A DNA stretch of 16,996 nucleotides, taken from contig CP070815.1 in NCBI GenBank assembly GCA_020344215.1, positions 2,228,479 to 2,245,474 of the forward strand. The letters run 5' to 3'. Both the position numbers and the translations under genes were made by a program. The DNA comes from Gemmatimonadota bacterium. GTDB lineage: Bacteria > Gemmatimonadota > Gemmatimonadetes > Palauibacterales > KS3-K002. The notes beneath the pieces were generated by a model that was not told the DNA's origin, ran no database searches, and saw nothing but the letters and a program-made list of their open reading frames with translations. Shown here in pieces: positions 1-5,346 of this stretch; positions within the stretch are counted from its first letter, which is position 1; every line of letters starts with the position of its first letter.

Positions 1-42
1 GAGGTTGACGAAGGACGTGATGCTCTTGAGAACTGTTGCCAT
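1..42 (-). CDS. 5' end (first 14 codons) of a second tail-fibre-like paralogue; continues past the left edge
   Basis: ATG at 42..40 with GAGGGA just upstream, 7 nt after the TGA (52..50) of the preceding gene. It encodes MATVLKSITSFVNL, the same 14 residues that begin the 50..877 product. Confidence 0.55.
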   Translation of the reverse strand, partial: MATVLKSITSFVNL

Positions 43-49
43 GTTTCCC

Positions 50-877
50 TCAGATGATGTTGGCCCAACCGCCGCCGTTCTCCGAGACTTGCCACTTGTT
101 GGTGCCCTCGTTGTAACGCAGACGACCCTTGCCGGCGGGGGAGACGGCGACAGTGCTGCCGTCGCTCATCTCGATGTAATTGTTGTCCGTGCCCGATCCG
201 CCGCGGATGATCATGTCCTGACCGGCACTTGAAATTTCCTGGTAGGTGAGGCCACCGGCTTCGCTGAGCAACCAGTTGTTGATGTTGATGCCGTTGGTGG
301 TGTTGTTCGAGCTGATGATCGCGCTGCCGTTCTGTGCGGAGTCAACGCGGATGTCCAACTGCGCATTCAAATCGTTGATGTGGAGCATCTGGGCGTAGCC
401 GATCCAGGTGCGCGAGTCGGGCGGACCCGCACCCAGCAGAAGCTGGCCGACGCCGTCGAAGTAGAAGTTGGGGCTTTGTGTGAGCCCGCCCGTCGGAGGC
501 GCCGGCTCGATCGCGTACGGTACCTGTCCATCCACCGCGTCGGTGCCCAGATTCGCCAGAATGGCGTTGAACGGGACGCCCCCACTGGAGGGCACGAACG
601 GCTGCACCGGCAGATCGGTCTGTCCCGGCGGCAGCGCACGGTTCTCGGTGTGCCAACGCTCACAGAGAACGTTGGCTGTCACCGGCGCCAGCCCGTCGTT
701 GCGGACGGTGACGTTGACCGTATCGGCCGACAAGATCACGACGTCGACGTGGTCGTCTTCGACGTGATCGGGCACGACACCGTTGCCGTAGGCGTCGACG
801 AGTCCGTGCGGCAGTGCTGTCGGCACACCGACGGCGAGGTTGACGAAGGACGTGATGCTCTTGAGGACTGTTGCCAC
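50..877 (-). CDS. Tail-fibre-like / virion-associated protein, 275 aa, GTG start
   Basis: The 50..1270 ORF reads like real protein only from VATVLKSITSFVNL onward; upstream it is Arg/Ala/Pro-rich off-frame text. GTG 877..875 lies 1 nt after the TGA (881..879) of the upstream gene, with GCGAGG upstream. The N-terminal LPHGL...TVNVTV segment resembles the small beta-sandwich module common at the start of phage fibre proteins. The C-terminus is Gly/Asn/Ser-rich. Confidence 0.55.
   Translation of the reverse strand: MATVLKSITSFVNLAVGVPTALPHGLVDAYGNGVVPDHVEDDHVDVVILSADTVNVTVRNDGLAPVTANVLCERWHTENRALPPGQTDLPVQPFVPSSGGVPFNAILANLGTDAVDGQVPYAIEPAPPTGGLTQSPNFYFDGVGQLLLGAGPPDSRTWIGYAQMLHINDLNAQLDIRVDSAQNGSAIISSNNTTNGININNWLLSEAGGLTYQEISSAGQDMIIRGGSGTDNNYIEMSDGSTVAVSPAGKGRLRYNEGTNKWQVSENGGGWANII
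836..877. repeat. 42-nt repeat, 40/42 identical to 1..42
   Basis: gaggttgacgaaggacgtgatgctcttgagRactgttgccaY occurs at 1..42 and 836..877. The only differences are at 31/866 and 42/877. The left copy is cut by the window edge. Confidence 0.9.
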
Positions 878-878
878 T

Positions 879-1388
879 TCACATGCCTCGCCGGCCGGGG
901 CCGGTTTCCAGGGGTCCGGGTAGATCGCGAATGCGCTTCGAGATGTCGCGGTGGGCAGGCGGGCGGAACCCGAAGTCCGGTGCATACGTCGAGCGCGCGC
1001 CGCTGCGCCCACGGCGGTAGCGTCCGTAGGTGAACTCCTGGTAGGGCTTGCGCGTCGCGACGCGCACGGGAAGGCCCGGCAGCGCGGCATACTTCGCGCA
1101 CCGCAACACGTAGCCGGGCTTGCACGCCGCGTCGTCGTCTTTCTTGCCACGACCCCGGACGCAGCGATACCGCACGCAGGTCCGCACGTGGCCGTCCAGC
1201 CCGGAGGTCGCGCCGGCCGCCATCCGCTCGGCCTTGCGGATGTAGACCTCGGCGTCGAGGCAGTAGCCATCTTTCGCCAACTGGTGCGCTAACTCTGCCC
1301 ATTTCTTGACGTGTTCGGGCACCTGTTTGCGGAGCGATCGGGTATACTGGCGCATCGCTCGCGGACATGATCTAGTGCTCTGCGGCAT
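879..1388 (-). CDS. Hypothetical basic, Cys-containing protein (169 aa)
   Basis: ATG at 1388 is preceded by GGGGGGGAG. The ORF is continuous and its stop lies 1 nt before the next gene's GTG. No family recognised. Confidence 0.6.
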   Translation of the reverse strand: MPQSTRSCPRAMRQYTRSLRKQVPEHVKKWAELAHQLAKDGYCLDAEVYIRKAERMAAGATSGLDGHVRTCVRYRCVRGRGKKDDDAACKPGYVLRCAKYAALPGLPVRVATRKPYQEFTYGRYRRGRSGARSTYAPDFGFRPPAHRDISKRIRDLPGPLETGPGRRGM

Positions 1389-1413
1389 CTCAGCTCCCCC
1401 CCGAGATTCGCAT

Positions 1414-1439
1414 GTCGCTTACGCGACGTCAATCGCGTA
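1414..1439. promoter_or_regulatory. Overlapping inverted repeats in a 61-nt divergent intergenic region (candidate operator/promoter)
   Basis: GTCGC-TTAC-GCGAC at 1414..1427 overlaps TACGCGA-cgtcaa-TCGCGTA at 1420..1439. The site lies between the minus-strand start at 1388 and the plus-strand start at 1450. Confidence 0.4.
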
Positions 1440-1449
1440 GGATACGGCT

Positions 1450-1764
1450 ATGGCCGCGAAGAAACGGAAGAAAAGTCGCTACGTCACCGGCTACGTGATC
1501 ATCAAAAGCTCGCGGACGTACACCGGAGGGCCAGGCTACCAGGGACCGGCGGTGTCGCGGAGCACACCCGAGGTGTTCAAGACGAAGTACGCCGCGCTCC
1601 GCGCCGCCAAGAAAGCGACGGCGAACAACCCGGTCGGGTTCGACGTCTACGAGCACAAAAAGCGAGTCGCCAAGAACTATTACGAGCCGATCGCGGTGTG
1701 CCGAGCCGTGAGCGACAGGCACGTCGAGTGCTACAAAGACGACGCCTACGACACGGACCTTTAG
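1450..1764 (+). CDS. Hypothetical protein (104 aa) with polybasic N-terminus MAAKKRKKSR
   Basis: ATG at 1450 with AGGA 8 nt upstream. The composition is protein-like and the ORF ends in a double TAG TAG stop. It is a lone plus-strand gene here. Confidence 0.6.
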   Translation: MAAKKRKKSRYVTGYVIIKSSRTYTGGPGYQGPAVSRSTPEVFKTKYAALRAAKKATANNPVGFDVYEHKKRVAKNYYEPIAVCRAVSDRHVECYKDDAYDTDL

Positions 1765-1797
1765 TAGCGCGGCGGCCTGTCGGATCGTCAAGATCAG

Positions 1798-2232
1798 CTA
1801 GTACAGCGACTTCCAGTGCTTCGCGGCGCGGGGCCAGAACATGCGCTCACCGTCGCCTACGCGCTCGTAGATCGCGCAGAACTTCTCGCACTTTCCGGCT
1901 TCTTGGAGCTTGACGAGCCACGCGATCGACTGATCGATGTCGTCGAAGCAGCGAGAGGTGTGGATCCCCGTCGTCGTGAACTCGCCCCACTTCTTCGCCG
2001 TCGTCCGACGGTACTGCCGCTTGGGGCGCGTGTACTTGACGCAGTAGAGAACGTTGGCCGGCAGGCGTCGCTGTACGGCGGCTCGACGTCGGACTGACGG
2101 AGGCGTCTGGAAGCGGGCCTCCCGGCGAGCGAGTCGCTTGGTGAGCGGCGTAATCGGCTTGGGCGTGATCGGGCGAAATGCCTTCGCACGCGCCGCGATC
2201 TGCTTGCGCCTGCGCTTCTTCTTCTTACTCAT
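1798..2232 (-). CDS. Hypothetical protein (144 aa) with polybasic N-terminus MSKKKKRRRK
   Basis: ATG 2232..2230 overlaps the TGA (2231..2229) of the holin-like gene as ATGA. The part of the 160-aa ORF upstream of this ATG overlaps that gene. Confidence 0.6.
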   Translation of the reverse strand: MSKKKKRRRKQIAARAKAFRPITPKPITPLTKRLARREARFQTPPSVRRRAAVQRRLPANVLYCVKYTRPKRQYRRTTAKKWGEFTTTGIHTSRCFDDIDQSIAWLVKLQEAGKCEKFCAIYERVGDGERMFWPRAAKHWKSLY

Positions 2233-2468
2233 GCGCGGGCCTCCAGGCGGCGCTGCAAGAACAGGCGACCGACGAACCACGCCGGAATCGCGCCGACCGT
2301 GGCGCCGATGGCCGCACCGGTCAACGGCCGGTCGTGGTAGCGATTGCCCTGGTAGCCGCCGATGGCCGCCCCCAGCAGCGTGATGCCCATGAAGATGGCG
2401 ACGGTGCCCAACACGTCCTCGCGCGTCGCGTCGGCCGGTGCGCCGTACAGGGGCTCTATCGCGAGCAT
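2229..2468 (-). CDS. Holin-like small membrane protein (79 aa, two predicted TM helices)
   Basis: Two hydrophobic segments, VLGTVAIFMGITLLGAAIGGY and LTGAAIGATVGAIPAWFVGRLFL, with a charged C-terminus. The gene sits immediately downstream of the endolysin. Confidence 0.55.
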   Translation of the reverse strand: MLAIEPLYGAPADATREDVLGTVAIFMGITLLGAAIGGYQGNRYHDRPLTGAAIGATVGAIPAWFVGRLFLQRRLEARA

Positions 2469-2506
2469 GGCCTACGATCGCACGATCTCGACCACCTGCG
2501 CAACCC

Positions 2507-2520
2507 GTCGCTTACGCGAC
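2507..2520. promoter_or_regulatory. Second copy of the 14-nt palindromic motif GTCGCTTACGCGAC
   Basis: Exact match to 1414..1427. It lies in the 54-nt spacer between the endolysin stop (2523) and the holin-like start (2468). On the minus-strand RNA it would form a 5-bp stem with a GUAA (GNRA) loop. Confidence 0.35.
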
Positions 2521-2522
2521 AA

Positions 2523-3320
2523 CTAGACGCCGTTGGCGTGGCCGTCCCGTGCCACCCACTCGAAGTGCATCGCGTCATAGTAGGTGTGGTCGTGACTGAG
2601 GCCGTCTTCGTCCCAGTCCGAGCCCCACGCAAAGCCGCAGGACTGCATGGCGCGCACGAACGGCTCGGGAAGCCCGTCGGGCCAGATCGCCATGTACGCG
2701 GGCGACCACGCCTCGGGACCTTCGCCCTTGGCGAACTTGCGCGAGAAGTTGCGGTGCGGGTCGATGTCGATCGCGATGCCCCACGAGTGCATCGACAGCG
2801 GGTTGCCGCGCCGATGTCGGATCGCGCGCCACACGTAGCCGCCGAGGCGCTCGATCTGGTACTCGGGCGCCGACAACTGCGCGCGACGCAGGCCCTCCCG
2901 GAGATACGGCTCGACCGCCTTGTGGACCTTGACCCACCACTTGCTCGGCACGCCCGGCAGCCGGTTCCCCAGGCGCTCGTGGCACTCCATGATGTTGTCG
3001 CGTGCCCAGGCTTTATCCTGTTCGTACTTGCCGGGGTCGCCGAACATGTCGTAGGTCGTCCGACGGTTCACGGGCTGCTCATCGAGCGGACCATCCCACG
3101 ACTGCCAGCCCCCTTCGGGAACGCCGTCGTCGGTGTAGCTGATGTCGAGCGCGTTGCGCGTGAGCGGACCGAGCATCCCGTCGTCGGCGAGGTCTTCTCG
3201 CCGCGTCTGGTACTCGAACGTCAACGCGGTGATGTGCTCGGCCGTGATCTCCCCGGCGTCGAGTTGCTTCTGGTTGTACGCGATCGCCTTCGCAGCGTCC
3301 TTCGGAGTCATGTCGAACAT
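2523..3320 (-). CDS. Endolysin: PG_binding_1-like domain plus M15 (VanY / L-Ala-D-Glu type) zinc peptidase
   Basis: SMHSWGIAID fits the SxHxxGxAxD metal motif and DAMHFEW fits the second His motif. DDGMLGPLTRNAL is a peptidoglycan-binding-repeat signature. The start is uncertain: ATG 3320, ATG 3311 or GTG 3380, none with a clear SD. Confidence 0.8.
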   Translation of the reverse strand: MFDMTPKDAAKAIAYNQKQLDAGEITAEHITALTFEYQTRREDLADDGMLGPLTRNALDISYTDDGVPEGGWQSWDGPLDEQPVNRRTTYDMFGDPGKYEQDKAWARDNIMECHERLGNRLPGVPSKWWVKVHKAVEPYLREGLRRAQLSAPEYQIERLGGYVWRAIRHRRGNPLSMHSWGIAIDIDPHRNFSRKFAKGEGPEAWSPAYMAIWPDGLPEPFVRAMQSCGFAWGSDWDEDGLSHDHTYYDAMHFEWVARDGHANGV

Positions 3321-3684
3321 CTTGACATGTCGCAGCGCCGACGCATACTGGAAGACATGCGACCTAGCTAGTCCCCTCACGCACTACGTCATTGTCCGGG
3401 CTGACCTCCCCATCGGGTTGCAGGCCGCCCAGATTGTCCACGCCGCCGGTGAGAGTGTTGTACGGCGCGTCCCTCGCGGAACCAACGCCGTTGTGCTGGC
3501 GGTGCCGTCGGAGGATGCGTTGCGCGACGTCTCGACCACGCTGACCGACCACCGTGTCGACCACGCGACGATCATCGAGTCGGATCCGCCCTACACGGGC
3601 CAGATGACTGCGATTGGCGTACGCCCCGTGCGTGATCGCTACACCGTCAGGAGGTGCCTTTCGAGCCTACCCCTATTACGATAG
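3310..3684 (+). CDS. PTH2-family (archaeal/eukaryotic type) peptidyl-tRNA hydrolase-like protein, divergent
   Basis: HYVIVRADLPIGLQAAQIVHAA aligns by eye to the K.vivVRxDLxMGKGKxAAQxxHAA start of PTH2. NAVVLAVPSEDAL...IIESDPPYTGQMTAIGVRP...LSSLPLL aligns to the vvlkvxxexeL...iqDAGrTqi...TvlgiGP...LkLl end. ATG 3310 is the only canonical in-frame start upstream of the domain, and its SD spacing (GGAG 2 nt upstream) is poor. The TAG stop at 3684 is 6 nt before the first tRNA-like gene. Confidence 0.65.
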   Translation: MSNILTCRSADAYWKTCDLASPLTHYVIVRADLPIGLQAAQIVHAAGESVVRRVPRGTNAVVLAVPSEDALRDVSTTLTDHRVDHATIIESDPPYTGQMTAIGVRPVRDRYTVRRCLSSLPLLR

Positions 3685-3690
3685 CGCTAC

Positions 3691-3777
3691 GGGGCGGTAG
3701 CTCAGTCTGGTAGAGCGCCGGCGAGTTCTTCGGATTCTTGTCGGAGGTCGCGGTCCGTTCAAATCCCGCCCGTCCCA
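3691..3777 (+). tRNA. Non-canonical tRNA-like gene (87 nt to the discriminator): anticodon arm of 27 nt and a 3-nt bulge in the T stem; possibly a pseudo-tRNA or decoy
   Basis: Acceptor GGGGCGG (3691-3697) pairs with CCGTCCC (3770-3776), including G4:U69, with A73 then CC. The rest fits: U8 A9, D arm GCTC-AGTCTGGTA-GAGC, variable loop AGGTC and T loop G-TTCAAAT-C. The T stem is GCGG[TCC]G/CCCGC with a bulge at 3754-3756. The anticodon arm (3718-3744) has 8 base pairs, two U.U mismatches and the loop CTTCGGA. Confidence 0.5.
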
Positions 3778-3781
3778 CCTT

Positions 3782-3855
3782 ACTCGCGTAGCTCAGTGGT
3801 AGAGCGCCCAGCTTTAGGAACTGGGAGGGCGCAGGTTCGATCCCTGCCGCGAGTG
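3782..3855 (+). tRNA. tRNA with a 19-nt anticodon arm (9-nt loop, or 6-tier stem with a C.A pair plus 7-nt loop UUUAGGA); candidate anticodon UAG; isotype unclear
   Basis: Acceptor ACTCGCG/CGCGAGT (A1:U72) with G73 and no encoded CCA. The other elements are canonical: D arm GCTC-AGTGGTA-GAGC, 5-nt variable loop AGGGC and T arm GCAGG-TTCGATC-CCTGC. The anticodon stem is CCCAG (3807-3811) / CTGGG (3821-3825), with the 9 nt CTTTAGGAA between the two strands. Confidence 0.7.
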
Positions 3856-4020
3856 CTCCGTCGCATACGCACCGCGAAGTTCGTGCAGGTTGGCGCCAGC
3901 TCGACAGCGCGGACATGTGAGCCACCACCGATCGGCGCGGTGCTCAAATCGATGACTACAGCCGCAAACGACGGCGAGTACGTTGACCTGCGGTGTCCAC
4001 CGCGCACCCGTAATCTGCAC
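3814..4020 (-). CDS. Possible small zinc-ribbon protein (68 aa), doubtful
   Basis: GTG at 4020 with AGGTG 4 nt upstream. The product has a CGC...CPRC motif like its neighbours. However, third-position GC is visibly lower than in adjacent genes, and the last ~42 nt overlap tRNA-like gene 2 on the opposite strand. Confidence 0.3.
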   Translation of the reverse strand: MQITGARWTPQVNVLAVVCGCSHRFEHRADRWWLTCPRCRAGANLHELRGAYATEHSRQGSNLRPPSS

Positions 4021-4032
4021 TGAACACCTGAA

Positions 4033-4308
4033 CTACTGGGCGTCGACGAGCGTGCAGTTCTCGCACATCTCGAACATGATGACGAGGCGTCCGGTCATCG
4101 CCTGCTCGCCGACGCGTTCGATCGAGTGGATGTTGTTGTCGATCGTGACGCCGCACAGCAGGCACACCCGGTCGTCATCGGTGTTCGTCGCACCGAGCGA
4201 CATCACGCCGTCGCCGCGCTCGTCTACCGAGAGCGTGTCGCCGCGACCGGCGACGACATCACGCAGTTGATCGATTAAGTTGTCGATCAACTGATCTTGT
4301 TCAGTCAT
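4033..4308 (-). CDS. Hypothetical small protein (91 aa) with CxxC...CxxC
   Basis: ATG 4308..4306 lies inside the end of the upstream gene (8-nt overlap). The product MTEQDQLIDNLIDQLRD... is acidic and protein-like, and the ORF ends in TAG at 4033. Confidence 0.6.
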   Translation of the reverse strand: MTEQDQLIDNLIDQLRDVVAGRGDTLSVDERGDGVMSLGATNTDDDRVCLLCGVTIDNNIHSIERVGEQAMTGRLVIMFEMCENCTLVDAQ

Positions 4309-4501
4309 GGGCTCGTCCCCGGGCGCGCAACCGTTGCCGGCGCTCGCGTTGATATTGGCGGAAGTACCGCAGATGATCGTAACAGAACTTACGATCCGGC
4401 TCGACCTCACGCCCGCAGCATCGACACAGCCCCTGCGCGAGAAACTGCGCACTCCGTGCGCGGAGGCGCGCCAGGTTTCGATCGTCGCGCCACGTCTTCA
4501 T
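4301..4501 (-). CDS. Hypothetical small basic protein (66 aa) with a CRCCG...CYDH metal-binding-like motif
   Basis: ATG 4501..4499 overlaps the TGA of the YegP-like gene as ATGA. The rest of the 159-aa ORF upstream is off-frame over that gene. Confidence 0.55.
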   Translation of the reverse strand: MKTWRDDRNLARLRARSAQFLAQGLCRCCGREVEPDRKFCYDHLRYFRQYQRERRQRLRARGRAHD

Positions 4502-4689
4502 GCAGCACCTCGGCGGACGTCGTAGACGTCGACGCGCGCGTCGACGGACGCCTTGACCCGGTCGATGCGCGCCATCGCGTCGATTCTGCGACGGTACGCC
4601 TCGGCGGACACAGCTACGACCTCCCCGCCGGGCAGGCGAAGCCGCCAACGCCACTGCCGGTTGTGATCTCGGTAGACTTCGTAACGCAT
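4498..4689 (-). CDS. YegP / DUF1508-family protein (63 aa)
   Basis: MRYEVYRDHNRQWRWRLRLPGGEVVAVSAEAYRRRIDAMARIDRVK matches the remembered DUF1508 pattern (F/Y..y.d..g.wRwrL.a.NGe.ia.S.e.Y.....a...i..vk). Confidence 0.7.
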   Translation of the reverse strand: MRYEVYRDHNRQWRWRLRLPGGEVVAVSAEAYRRRIDAMARIDRVKASVDARVDVYDVRRGAA

Positions 4690-4713
4690 GATCGGTATAG
4701 TACCCCGGTCGGG

Positions 4714-5346
4714 TTACGCCCCCAGGGGTTCCCTGAGATGGGCTGCGGTCGTCGTGAGCTGATCGCCCCAGGCCGTCCACCGCTCGTTGTAGCGACGGCG
4801 TGCGTACAGTTCGAGGAAGCGGTCCGCGCCGGTGATCGCCTCGATGAAGTCGTAGCTCGCATCGGGCTTCGCGCTGTGGCCCGCGCGCGGAGCGAAGATG
4901 ACGTTGGGTAGATCACGTCGAACGACGCGGGCACGACCGCGGCGGCACAGCAACATCGGCTCGGTGCAGATGCGACTGTAGTGGCCGCCACCGATGCGCG
5001 GCTTGCCGTCCGCCGTGGTCTTGATCCAGACGATCTCTTGCTTGGGCTCGAAGCCCCACGCCCGTGCGACGGCTTGTGCCTGTCCGTCGAGCACGAAGGC
5101 GTGCGGAGCCCACAGGAACAAGAACGCGTCATCGGCGGCGAGCGACTGCACCATCGGCCCGGCGACCGTCAGGTCGTCCGTCGGCAGCACGTCGTAGTGT
5201 GCGTACGTCCGACCGGTGCCCGCGTGGCTCGGCGCCATGCGCGAGCCGGTGTCGCGGAACTTCCACGGCGGATCCGCGACGATGACGGAGAACGTCGACG
5301 GCGCGGCCTGCGCGAACGGAAACGAGAGTTGTTCGGGTTCAGTCAC
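4714..5346 (-). CDS. MT-A70-family N6-adenine DNA methyltransferase (210 aa)
   Basis: DPPW catalytic motif (VIVADPPWKF), LFLW, WIKT, HSAKP and a C-terminal ELYARRRYNERWTAWGDQ box. The preferred start is GTG 5346..5344, which overlaps the upstream TGA as GTGA with GAGG 8 nt upstream. The ORF track's start at 5367 would overlap the upstream gene by 25 nt. Confidence 0.8.
   Translation of the reverse strand: MTEPEQLSFPFAQAAPSTFSVIVADPPWKFRDTGSRMAPSHAGTGRTYAHYDVLPTDDLTVAGPMVQSLAADDAFLFLWAPHAFVLDGQAQAVARAWGFEPKQEIVWIKTTADGKPRIGGGHYSRICTEPMLLCRRGRARVVRRDLPNVIFAPRAGHSAKPDASYDFIEAITGADRFLELYARRRYNERWTAWGDQLTTTAAHLREPLGA

Noticed and set aside
1-877. Diversity-generating retroelement (template/variable repeat) as the explanation for the 42-nt repeat
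   Set aside because: The repeat lies at the 5' ends, not in a C-terminal variable region. The two differences are not adenine-specific, and no reverse transcriptase is in the window.
878-1270. N-terminal 131 residues of ORF 50-1270
   Set aside because: This part overlaps the better-supported 879-1388 gene in another frame and reads as Arg/Ala/Pro/Thr-rich noise. The conserved N-terminus shared with the next paralogue fixes the start at GTG 877.
2178-3371. 397-aa plus-strand ORF
   Set aside because: It is antisense to the well-supported endolysin. The translation is Arg/Ala/Pro/Val-rich low-information text typical of off-frame reading in high-GC DNA.
3691-3777. Class II (long variable arm) tRNA or intron-containing tRNA as the explanation for the 87-nt length
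   Set aside because: The extra nucleotides sit inside the anticodon arm itself and in the T stem, not between the anticodon and T arms. A 10-nt insert is far too short for a bacterial group I intron and is not at the 37/38 position.
3782-3855. Stop-codon suppressor tRNA (anticodon CUA/UUA/UCA)
   Set aside because: The loop contains UUA only in a register that leaves G37 and two extra 3' nucleotides. No gene in the window shows an in-frame stop that would need suppression. It is noted as a possibility but not called.
4690-4713. Leaderless promoter for the YegP-like gene (TACTAT 7 nt upstream of ATG on the minus strand)
   Set aside because: Only a TANNNT-like hexamer is present, with no convincing -35. 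The gene could equally be read through from the methylase transcript. This is too weak to call.
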